Part shown: one piece after another, positions 9,008 to 17,066 of the stretch | Numbering within the stretch: position 1 is the stretch's first letter | Layout of the letters: every line of letters begins with the position of its first letter | Origin: an uncultured Candidatus Saccharibacteria bacterium | Lineage (GTDB): Bacteria; Patescibacteriota; Minisyncoccia; Minisyncoccales; CAZBVF01 | Direction of reading: 5' to 3' | DNA: 43,601 bases | NCBI GenBank assembly: GCA_964495335.1 | Contig: CAZBVF010000004.1 | Coordinates: forward strand, 1 to 43,601 | Made by a program: the position numbers and the translations under genes | The notes under the pieces: model-generated | What the model saw: the letters and a program-made list of their open reading frames with translations, nothing else | Databases searched by the model: none | What the model was told of the DNA's origin: nothing

Positions 9008-9033
9008 CCTCCCCAAAGAACTCTTTGGGGAGG
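9008..9033 (+). other. 11-bp perfect hairpin (CCTCCCCAAAG-AACT-CTTTGGGGAGG) 17 nt upstream of hpf
   Basis: Read directly. No U-tract follows. The 3' arm contains the only SD-like GGAGG ahead of hpf. Confidence 0.5.
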
Positions 9034-9050
9034 GTTATCTCCAAATAATT

Positions 9051-9464
9051 ATGTGGATTGATATAAAAGGAAAAAATATAGAAATAAACGAATCTTTGAA
9101 GGTCTGGATTGAAGATAAAATAGGATCTCTTGATAAGTTTTTGAAAGAAGACGAAGTTGAAAATTCAAGAGCGGTGGTTGAAATAGAAAAGACAACTTTA
9201 CATCATCGTAAAGGACCTTTTTTCAGAGCAGAATGCCAAATAGAAGCTCCCAAAAGAAAGCTTAGGGCAGAATCCCAAAGAGAGGACCTGAGAATTGCTA
9301 TTACGGAAATTAAAGATGATTTACAGGAACAGCTAAAAGAAGGAAAAGAAAAATTTATTTCAAAACTGAGAAGAGGGCAAAGAAGATTAAAAAGAGCCCT
9401 GAAGCTTAGCGTGGCGGCCAGGTTTAAAAGAAAAGAAAAAAGGGACAGGGAAGAGGGATTATAA
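9051..9464 (+). CDS. hpf: Ribosome hibernation promoting factor / RaiA (YfiA) family protein with basic C-terminal tail
   Basis: 137 aa. N-terminal IKGKNIEINESLKVWIEDKIGSLDKF pattern of the sigma54-modulation/ribosomal S30AE family. Confidence 0.8.
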   Translation: MWIDIKGKNIEINESLKVWIEDKIGSLDKFLKEDEVENSRAVVEIEKTTLHHRKGPFFRAECQIEAPKRKLRAESQREDLRIAITEIKDDLQEQLKEGKEKFISKLRRGQRRLKRALKLSVAARFKRKEKRDREEGL

Positions 9465-9507
9465 ATTATTTTCTTTTTTGTGAACTTAACGGTTGGGGTT
9501 TGGCTCT

Positions 9508-9541
9508 GGCCGATTTTTTTTGATCATTGAAAAATTCGGCC
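9508..9541 (+). terminator. Imperfect hairpin after hpf (GGCCGA-T-run / A-run-TCGGCC)
   Basis: GGCCGA at 9508..9513 pairs with TCGGCC at 9536..9541. T/A extension with one mismatch. Confidence 0.35.
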
Positions 9542-9563
9542 TTTAATATTAGAATAAATAAGT

Positions 9564-12032
9564 ATGTCATTCTTTGAGAAAATATTTGGCAATAGAAATG
9601 AAAAATACCTGAAAGAAATTCAGCCTCTTGTTGATGAGGTAAATAACCTTGAAGAAAAATTCAAGGATTTTTCAGATGAAAAATTAAAGGAGGAAACAAA
9701 GGATTTTAAAGAAAGAATAGAGAAAGGAGAAAGTCTTGATAATCTTTTGCCTGAGTCTTTCGCTCTTGTAAGAGAAACTTCAAAGAGAGCTTTGGGTCAA
9801 AGGCACTTTGATTGTCAGATTCAAGGGGGAATAGCCCTTTTCCAAGGGAAAATTGCTGAGATGAAAACGGGAGAAGGAAAAACGCTTGCTTCGACCCTTC
9901 CTGTTTACCTTAATGCTTTGAGCGGTAAAGGTGTTCATGTTATTACCGTTAATGATTATTTGGCTAAAAGAGATACGGTTTGGATGGGACAGATTTATCA
10001 TAAGATGGGTCTTTCTGTTGCTTGTATTATCCACAAAGAAGCTTTTATTTATGACCCCGAATACAAAGGAGAAGAATCGGAAGAAGAAAGGGATAAAAAG
10101 AGAGACTTGGTCGGAGGGTTCAAAGTTATGGATTCTTTTTTAAAGCCCGTTGAGAGGAAAGAGGCTTATGCCGCTGACATTACTTACGGGACCAACAACG
10201 AATTCGGATTTGATTATTTGAGAGACAACATGGTTTACAATTTAAAAGATAAAGTTCAGAGAGATTTTAATTTTGCCATAATTGATGAAATCGATTCAAT
10301 TTTGATTGATGAAGCAAGAACGCCTTTGATTATCTCTTCTCCCGATGTTGAGTCTTCCCAAATGTATCAGGAATTTTCAAGGATTATTCCGAGACTTGAA
10401 AAAGAAAAAGATTATGAGATTGATGAAAAACTGAAGGCAGTCACTTTGACCGAAGAGGGAATTGACAAGGTTGAAAATATTTTGGGACTTGAAAATATTT
10501 ATCAGGAAAAAGGAATAAGATATCTTCATCATTTGGAGCAAGGATTGAAGGCGGAAGTCTTGTTTAAAAAAGATAAAGACTATGTTGTCAAAGAGGGGGA
10601 GGTGATTATTGTAGATGAGTTTACGGGAAGATTATTGCCCGGGAGAAGATTCTCAGGGGGGCTGCACCAAGCATTGGAAGCAAAGGAAGGAGTTAATGTC
10701 AGGCCGGAATCCTTAACCCTTGCTTCCATTACTTTTCAAAATCTTTTCAGAATGTATCCGAAATTAGCGGGAATGACCGGAACCGCACTAACTTCGGCCG
10801 AGGAGTTTGATAAAGTTTATGACCTGGAGGTTATCGTTGTACCTACCAACAAACCTTTAATCAGAAAAGATTTGTCAGACAAAGTTTACAAAACCTTTGA
10901 GGGAAAAATGAAGGCTGTGGTAAAAGAAATTAAAAGATGCCATGATTCCGGACAGCCGGTTCTAGTCGGGACTGTTTCTATTGAAAAAAATGAATACTTA
11001 GGGAAACTTCTTGAAAGAGAGGGAGTCCCCCATGATATTTTAAACGCCAAGTATCACGAAAGAGAAGGTGAAATTATAGCTCAGGCGGGAAGAAAAGATT
11101 CAGTTACTGTTGCCACTAACATGGCAGGAAGAGGTGTTGATATTGTTTTAGGAGGGAATCCTCCTGATGAAAAACAAGCAGAGGAAGTTAAAAAATTGGG
11201 GGGATTGAAAGTAGTAGGAACGGAAAGACACGAAGCAAGAAGGATTGATAATCAGCTAAGAGGAAGGTCCGGAAGACAAGGAGACCCTGGTTCTTCTCAA
11301 TTCTTTGTTTCCTTGGAGGATGATCTTTTAAGAATTTTTGGAGGAGACAGGATAAAATCTCTGATGGGGAAGTTTAATTTTCCTGAAGATGAACCCATCG
11401 AAGCTAAAATGGTTTCAGGCGTTATTGAATCTGCTCAAAGTAAAATTGAGGGAATGAATTTTGATACCAGAAAACATTTGCTTGAATACGACAATGTTGT
11501 CAACAAACAAAGAGAAGCTTTTTACAGAAAAAGAAAAGAAGTTTTGGAGGATTTTGGAAAATCAACCTTGAAAGAAAAAATAATTGAAATTATTAAAAAG
11601 AACGGGTTTTCAGAAGCCGAATATAAAAAGAAAGAAACAGAAATTGGAGAAGAAAAAATGAGAGAAGTAGAAAAAATCCTTTCCCTTAAAATACTTGATT
11701 CTTTGTGGATGAATCATTTAGAAGAAATGGATCATCTTAAAAGCTCTGTTCGGTTAAGAGCTTATGGACAGAGAGATCCTTTGGTGGAATACAAAAAGGA
11801 AAGTCACGGAATGTTCCGCAGGTTAATTGATGAGTTTGAATCTTCTCTGGCTAACGCTCTTTTTAAAGTTCAAGTGTCAGTTAAAACAAATCCTGAAGAA
11901 AGGAAGATTTTAGAGAATAAAGAACAATCCTTTAAAAAAGCACAACCTTTGAAAAAGCCTGGGAGGAATGATCCCTGTCCTTGCGGTTCAGGAAAGAAAT
12001 ATAAAAAATGTTGCTGGCCCAAATACGGCTAG
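9564..12032 (+). CDS. secA: Preprotein translocase ATPase SecA
   Basis: 822 aa. Walker A MKTGEGKT, DEAD-like IIDEIDSILIDEARTPLIIS, and C-terminal zinc motif CPCGSGKKYKKCC. Confidence 0.95.
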   Translation: MSFFEKIFGNRNEKYLKEIQPLVDEVNNLEEKFKDFSDEKLKEETKDFKERIEKGESLDNLLPESFALVRETSKRALGQRHFDCQIQGGIALFQGKIAEMKTGEGKTLASTLPVYLNALSGKGVHVITVNDYLAKRDTVWMGQIYHKMGLSVACIIHKEAFIYDPEYKGEESEEERDKKRDLVGGFKVMDSFLKPVERKEAYAADITYGTNNEFGFDYLRDNMVYNLKDKVQRDFNFAIIDEIDSILIDEARTPLIISSPDVESSQMYQEFSRIIPRLEKEKDYEIDEKLKAVTLTEEGIDKVENILGLENIYQEKGIRYLHHLEQGLKAEVLFKKDKDYVVKEGEVIIVDEFTGRLLPGRRFSGGLHQALEAKEGVNVRPESLTLASITFQNLFRMYPKLAGMTGTALTSAEEFDKVYDLEVIVVPTNKPLIRKDLSDKVYKTFEGKMKAVVKEIKRCHDSGQPVLVGTVSIEKNEYLGKLLEREGVPHDILNAKYHEREGEIIAQAGRKDSVTVATNMAGRGVDIVLGGNPPDEKQAEEVKKLGGLKVVGTERHEARRIDNQLRGRSGRQGDPGSSQFFVSLEDDLLRIFGGDRIKSLMGKFNFPEDEPIEAKMVSGVIESAQSKIEGMNFDTRKHLLEYDNVVNKQREAFYRKRKEVLEDFGKSTLKEKIIEIIKKNGFSEAEYKKKETEIGEEKMREVEKILSLKILDSLWMNHLEEMDHLKSSVRLRAYGQRDPLVEYKKESHGMFRRLIDEFESSLANALFKVQVSVKTNPEERKILENKEQSFKKAQPLKKPGRNDPCPCGSGKKYKKCCWPKYG

Positions 12033-12034
12033 GT

Positions 12035-12063
12035 TTGACAATTTGATAATCAGAGTTTATGAT
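12035..12063 (+). promoter_or_regulatory. Sigma70 promoter TTGACA-17-TATGAT placed for a near-leaderless secD mRNA
   Basis: -35 at 12035..12040, -10 at 12058..12063. ATG at 12072 is only 8 nt past the -10. Confidence 0.5.
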
Positions 12064-12071
12064 AGATTAAA

Positions 12072-13427
12072 ATGTTTAAAAATAGACTTGTTTTAAAATT
12101 TGCATTCATTCTTTTTTTATTCCTTTTTTGTTTTAATCTTGTTTACCCCGATTATTCCAACAAAGGCATTAACTTTTTGAATGAAAAAACATCTTTAAAC
12201 TTGCCTCAGTTTCCAGAGGTTCCTTTTAAATTGGGATTGGATTTGCAGGGAGGGGTTCATTTGGTTTATGAAGCCGATTTATCTGACATTGAAGAAGAAA
12301 ATTATAGTTCTTCCATGCAAGGGTTAAGGGATGTTATAGAAAGAAGAGTTAATTTTTTCGGCGTGGAAGAGCCTTTGGTTCAAACAGAAAAAGCCGGAGA
12401 TCGTCACAGATTAATCGTAGAATTGGCGGGAGTGATAGATCCCGAAAGAGCTATTGAAGAAATAGGAAAAACGCCTTTTCTGGTATTTAGAAAAACAAAA
12501 GCAAACTACGAAGAAATTATTGAAAAAAACCAAGAAGTTTCAGAAACGGGAGAAGGGGAGACTGAAGACCCTTTTGAAGACACTTCCTTGACGGGAAAGT
12601 ATTTAGAAAAAGCTGAAGTTGATTTCGATCCTACTACTTACAAGCCCTTGGTTTTGCTTCGTTTCAATGAAGAAGGTTCTGATATTTTTGAAGAATTGAC
12701 CTCCGAAAATACAGGAAAGCCTCTTGCTATTTTTATAGATGATGTTCTGATGTCAAGCCCCATGGTTCAAGAGAAAATTTCTGGAGGAAAGGCTCAAATA
12801 AGCGGATCTTTCAGTGATGTTGAAGCGAGAGATCTGGCAAGGAATCTTAATGCGGGAGCTTTGCCCGTTCCTATTAGTCTTGTTTCCCAACAAATTGTAG
12901 GCCCTACCTTGGGAAAAATATCTATTCAGGAATCTCTGAAAGCGGGAATAATCGGTCTCATAGCCGTTGTCTTGTTTTTAGTAGCTTTTTATAGGCTTCC
13001 GGGGTTTCTTGCTTCTTTAGCTTTGGGGCTTTATGTCTGTATTGTTTTGAGCTTGTTTAAGCTTATTCCCGTTACCTTAACTTTAGCGGGAGTGGGAGGA
13101 TTTATTCTTTCCATAGGAATAGCAATTGATGCTAATATTTTAATTTTTTCACGAATAAGAGAAGAGCTCTCTGAAGGAAAAAGCTTTTCTTTTTCCCTTG
13201 AGGAAGGATTTAGAAGGGCATGGCCTTCTATAAGAGACGGTAATTTAACAACTCTTTTGGTTTCCTTTATTCTTTTTCAGTTTGGGACCAGTTTTATTAA
13301 AGGATTTGCATTAGCTTTGAGCATAGGGATATTGGTGAGTATGTTTTCTTCTATTTTTGTCACCAGAACCCTGCTTGAATTATTTAAGAATAAAAAATTG
13401 TCAGAAATTAAATGGCTTTGGATATAA
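12072..13427 (+). CDS. secD: Protein translocase subunit SecD
   Basis: 451 aa. LGLDLQGG motif, periplasmic domain, then 6 C-terminal TM segments. Confidence 0.9.
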   Translation: MFKNRLVLKFAFILFLFLFCFNLVYPDYSNKGINFLNEKTSLNLPQFPEVPFKLGLDLQGGVHLVYEADLSDIEEENYSSSMQGLRDVIERRVNFFGVEEPLVQTEKAGDRHRLIVELAGVIDPERAIEEIGKTPFLVFRKTKANYEEIIEKNQEVSETGEGETEDPFEDTSLTGKYLEKAEVDFDPTTYKPLVLLRFNEEGSDIFEELTSENTGKPLAIFIDDVLMSSPMVQEKISGGKAQISGSFSDVEARDLARNLNAGALPVPISLVSQQIVGPTLGKISIQESLKAGIIGLIAVVLFLVAFYRLPGFLASLALGLYVCIVLSLFKLIPVTLTLAGVGGFILSIGIAIDANILIFSRIREELSEGKSFSFSLEEGFRRAWPSIRDGNLTTLLVSFILFQFGTSFIKGFALALSIGILVSMFSSIFVTRTLLELFKNKKLSEIKWLWI

Positions 13428-14314
13428 ACATGTTTCCTTTTATCAAATATAAAAAAATATACTTTACCCTTTCTGCCATTTTGGTTTTAGTGAGTACCTT
13501 TGCTCTAATTTTTTACGGTCTTGAATGGGGGATTGATTTCAAAGGAGGGAGTATTTTGGAATTGGAATATGACCAGGAAAGGCCTTCTGTCTCAGAGACA
13601 AGAGAATCTTTAAATAATTTAAACTTGAAAGACTTTAGAGTTCAGGTTAGCGGGGAAAGAGGTGTGATAATAAGAATGGAGGATATCTCAGAGGATACCC
13701 ACTCTCAGATTATTTCCGAATTTGAAAAGAAGGGAAGCTTCGAAGAGTTAAAGTTTGAAAAAATAGGCCCGGTCATAGGAAGAGAATTGAGGCAAAAAAC
13801 GGTTGTAGTTGCTATAGTTTCCATAATTGCTATTCTCCTTTATATAACAGTTGCTTTCGGCAGAGTTTCAAGGCCGGTTGCTTCTTGGCAATACGGAGTA
13901 GCTTCTTTGGTTGCTTTGTCTCACGATATTTTCATACCCTTGGGAATATTTGCTTTTTTGGGAGAATTTTACGGTGTCCAAATGACAATACCCGTGATAA
14001 CAGCTCTTCTGATTGTTTTGGGGTATTCTATCAACGACACAGTTGTTGTTTTTGACAGGGTTAGAGAAAACCTGATTAAAGACAAAAAAAGCGATTTCAA
14101 AGATATTGTTGACAAATCACTAAATGAAACCCTTTTAAGATCTTTAAATACTTCCTTGACTACTCTTTTTGTTCTTTTCTCCATATTGTTTTTTGGAGGA
14201 GAGACGTTAAAATATTTTTCTCTGGCATTAATTAGCGGGCTTGTTTTGGGAACATATTCTTCTTTGTTCTTAGCTTCTCCCTTGCTTGTCGCCTGGCTTG
14301 AAAGGAAGAAATAG
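13412..14314 (+). CDS. secF: Protein translocase subunit SecF
   Basis: 300 aa. GIDFKGG motif and C-terminal TM bundle. An alternative ATG at 13430 lies 2 nt after the secD stop. Confidence 0.9.
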   Translation: MALDINMFPFIKYKKIYFTLSAILVLVSTFALIFYGLEWGIDFKGGSILELEYDQERPSVSETRESLNNLNLKDFRVQVSGERGVIIRMEDISEDTHSQIISEFEKKGSFEELKFEKIGPVIGRELRQKTVVVAIVSIIAILLYITVAFGRVSRPVASWQYGVASLVALSHDIFIPLGIFAFLGEFYGVQMTIPVITALLIVLGYSINDTVVVFDRVRENLIKDKKSDFKDIVDKSLNETLLRSLNTSLTTLFVLFSILFFGGETLKYFSLALISGLVLGTYSSLFLASPLLVAWLERKK

Positions 14315-14316
14315 GT

Positions 14317-14345
14317 TTGACAAGCTTATCTTAATGTGCTTAAAT
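14317..14345 (+). promoter_or_regulatory. Sigma70 promoter TTGACA-17-TGcTTAAAT
   Basis: -35 at 14317..14322, extended -10 at 14337..14345. Sits upstream of ORF 14375. Confidence 0.45.
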
Positions 14346-14374
14346 AATGTAATTGAAATATAATATTAATTCAC

Positions 14375-15376
14375 ATGAACTCAAAATACATTAATTTAGC
14401 AAAAGACATTTTAAAAGAATTAAATCCCCGCTCAAGAGATGTTCTGGAGAAGCGTTTTGGATTGAAAGAAGGAACGACAAAAAGAACACTTGACTCGATA
14501 GGCAGGGAATATAATGTGACCAGAGAAAGAATAAGGCAGATAGAAAAAGAAAGTATTTCCAATGCATCGAAGGTGGCTCAAAAAAAACACAAAGATATTT
14601 TTGATGTTTTTAGAAAAAAGATTAAAGAGAACGGTTCCCTTAAAGAAGAAAAGAAGCTGATTGAGGAATTAAGTTCCGGGGAAGAAAAGGAAAAAAACTT
14701 TGTTCTTTTTCTTTTGAGTTTGGACCCCAAATTAAAAAAAATAAAAGAAACGGAAGAGTTTTACTCTTTTTGGACGGTTGACGATAATTCTTTTGAAAAA
14801 GCAAAAAAAGTTTGCTTTGCTTTTGAGAATACCTTAAGAAAAGAAGGGAAAACTTTGCCTCTTGAAGAAATAAGGAAGAAGCAAGTTTCTTTTAAAAACT
14901 TAAAGCCGAAAGTTGTTTCCTCTTATCTTGAAATCTTTAAAGGAATCTCAACTGACTTTGAGGGAAAATATGGGCTTATGAGCTGGCCTGAGGTTAACCC
15001 GAAAGGGATTAAAGACAAAGCTTATCTGATTCTCAAAAAAGAGGGAGAACCTCTCCATTTTTCCGCAGTAGCTAAAAATATAAGTAGCTCGGCTCATGTT
15101 CAAACCGTTCACAATGAACTTATAAGAGATAACAGGTTTGTTTTAGTTGGAAGAGGAATATATGCTTTGAAGGAATGGGGATACAAAGAGGGAACGGTCA
15201 GAGATATTATTTTAGATGTTTTAAAAGAAAAAAGCAGGCCCGTAAGCAGAGCAGAGCTAATAAAAAATGTTTCAAGGCAAAGATTTGTTAAGGAAAATAC
15301 AATCCTTCTTAATTTAAGCAATAAGAAATATTTTCAAAGGGATTCTAAAGGAAAATATCAGGTGAGGTTAACTTGA
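14375..15376 (+). CDS. Orphan sigma-70 region-4 HTH domain fused to a HARE-HTH/winged-helix domain (function unknown)
   Basis: N-terminus RSRDVLEKRFGL...TLDSIGREYNVTRERIRQIEKESI matches sigma70 region 4.2. Residues ~215-265 (AYLILKKEGEPLHFSAVAKNI...LIRDNRFVLVGRGIYALKEWGY) match the HARE-HTH pattern of the RNAP delta subunit. No sigma regions 2 or 3. Confidence 0.6.
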   Translation: MNSKYINLAKDILKELNPRSRDVLEKRFGLKEGTTKRTLDSIGREYNVTRERIRQIEKESISNASKVAQKKHKDIFDVFRKKIKENGSLKEEKKLIEELSSGEEKEKNFVLFLLSLDPKLKKIKETEEFYSFWTVDDNSFEKAKKVCFAFENTLRKEGKTLPLEEIRKKQVSFKNLKPKVVSSYLEIFKGISTDFEGKYGLMSWPEVNPKGIKDKAYLILKKEGEPLHFSAVAKNISSSAHVQTVHNELIRDNRFVLVGRGIYALKEWGYKEGTVRDIILDVLKEKSRPVSRAELIKNVSRQRFVKENTILLNLSNKKYFQRDSKGKYQVRLT

Positions 15377-16674
15377 TGACGATTCAAACTTATTATATTA
15401 TTTTAAAGTCAATAATGGACCTGGTGGAGAATTGGTGGTGGATAATACTTCCCTTTCTTCTCTGGCGCCCTTTTTTATTTTTTTGGCTTTGGATTAAAAG
15501 AGAAGGCTGGCTTGCAAAGCAAAAAACAATAATGCTTGAACTCAAAGCACCCAAAGACGTCTTGGAGCCAGTAAAAGCAATGGAAGAAGTTTTTTCTTCC
15601 CTTTGGGGAGACCTTTACGGATTTCCTGATCCTTGGGAAAAATGGATGGAAGGAGAATGTCCTTCTTCTTATTCTTTTGAAATAGCAAGTATTGGGGGAA
15701 GTATACATTTTTATGTTAGGATTCCCGAGTCTGCCAGGGACTCGGTTGAGTCGGCAATTTATTCTCAATATCCCGACGCCGAAATATCTCTGGCAGAAGA
15801 CTATACTAAGCTTGTCCCCAAGGACATACCCAATAAAGATTGGGATCTTTACGGGACTGCTTACAAAATGGCAACGGATGATATTATTCCCATAAAAACT
15901 TATCCCAAGTTTTTTGAAGAAAAGCCCGATATTGCGAAAGAAGAGAAAAGAATAGATCCCATATCCACTTTAATTGAAGGATTGACGAGAATAAAAAAAG
16001 GAGAACAGCTTTGGCTTCAAATAATAGCTCTTCCCATTACTAACGGAGAAAACGACTATGTAGACAGAGGAAAAGCTTTTATGGATAAAATTCTTAAAAG
16101 AACTAAAGAAAAGCCAAAAGTAAAGCCTATGATTCAGGAAGGGCTAGAAGGGCTTTTGTTCGGAGTTTCTGAAAAAAAGGAAGGGGCAAAGGAAGAAAAG
16201 TTTCAGCCAGAAACAATGCTTTCTTCTGAAGAAAAACAATTGGTTTCAGCAGTTGGAAATAAAATAAGCAAAAATGCTTTTGCTTGCACAATCCGATTCT
16301 TATATCTGGGTAAAAAAGACGTTTTCTTTAAAGCTCAAATTAAGCATGTTTTCGGCTTTATGTCTCAGTTCTCGGCCAATAACCTTAACGGGCTCGTTCC
16401 TTTGGGAAGTAGCAAAACGAAAATTAAAAAATCCTGGTTTTTTCCTTTAAATTATCTTATTCCGAGGGGGCTTTATATTAGGAAGAGAAAAGTATTTAGA
16501 AATTATATTAAAAGATTAACTCCTTATTTCCCTAAGCCGGGAGGAACTTTTGTTTTAAATACGGAAGAGCTTGCCACCATCTTTCATTTCCCGAGTAAAG
16601 TCTCTTCCCCAACTCCCTCTATTCATAGGGTTGACGCTAAAAAAGGAGAGCCTCCCCCCGAGCTTCCGGTCTAA
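15376..16674 (+). CDS. Membrane-anchored hypothetical protein (Trp-rich N-terminal TM helix, large soluble domain, Pro-rich C-terminus)
   Basis: ORF 15373..16674. ATG at 15376 overlaps the upstream stop (TGATG). Motifs LELKAPKD, FEIASIGGSIHFYVRIP, SAIYSQYPDAEI, LNTEELATIFHFPS. No family assigned confidently. Confidence 0.55.
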   Translation: MTIQTYYIILKSIMDLVENWWWIILPFLLWRPFLFFWLWIKREGWLAKQKTIMLELKAPKDVLEPVKAMEEVFSSLWGDLYGFPDPWEKWMEGECPSSYSFEIASIGGSIHFYVRIPESARDSVESAIYSQYPDAEISLAEDYTKLVPKDIPNKDWDLYGTAYKMATDDIIPIKTYPKFFEEKPDIAKEEKRIDPISTLIEGLTRIKKGEQLWLQIIALPITNGENDYVDRGKAFMDKILKRTKEKPKVKPMIQEGLEGLLFGVSEKKEGAKEEKFQPETMLSSEEKQLVSAVGNKISKNAFACTIRFLYLGKKDVFFKAQIKHVFGFMSQFSANNLNGLVPLGSSKTKIKKSWFFPLNYLIPRGLYIRKRKVFRNYIKRLTPYFPKPGGTFVLNTEELATIFHFPSKVSSPTPSIHRVDAKKGEPPPELPV

Positions 16675-16697
16675 AATTAAAACAACTTTAAAAATTT

Positions 16698-17060
16698 ATG
16701 AAAAAAGTATTATTAGTTGAAGATGATCCGTTTTTGGTAGATATTTACAGTACAAAATTTAAAGAAAGCGGTTTTGAAATAGAAGTTATTAAAAAAGGCA
16801 GCGGGGCTTTTGAAAAGATAAAAGAAATGAAACCCGACATTGTTCTTCTGGATATAATTTTGCCCGAAGTCAGCGGATGGGAAATTTTAAAAGAAATAAG
16901 GAAGGACAAAAAACTTAAAAATATTAAAGTAGCTATTCTTTCCAATCTCGGACAGGAAGATGAAATTGAGAAAGGATCTTTTCTCGGAGCTGACAAATAT
17001 ATTGTAAAAGCTTACTATACGCCGGCCGAAGTTGTAAAAGAAATTAAAAAGATGATTTAA
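16698..17060 (+). CDS. Stand-alone response-regulator receiver domain (CheY-like)
   Basis: 120 aa. Acidic pocket EDD, phospho-acceptor in VLLDIILP, conserved Ser (ILSN) and Lys (VKAY). No output domain and no kinase nearby. Confidence 0.85.
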   Translation: MKKVLLVEDDPFLVDIYSTKFKESGFEIEVIKKGSGAFEKIKEMKPDIVLLDIILPEVSGWEILKEIRKDKKLKNIKVAILSNLGQEDEIEKGSFLGADKYIVKAYYTPAEVVKEIKKMI

Positions 17061-17066
17061 TTTTTT

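Noticed and set aside
8774-9044. Two minus-strand ORFs (80 and 74 aa) rich in Phe and Leu
   Set aside because: They are the complement of the purine-rich tract, so they are open frames by composition only.
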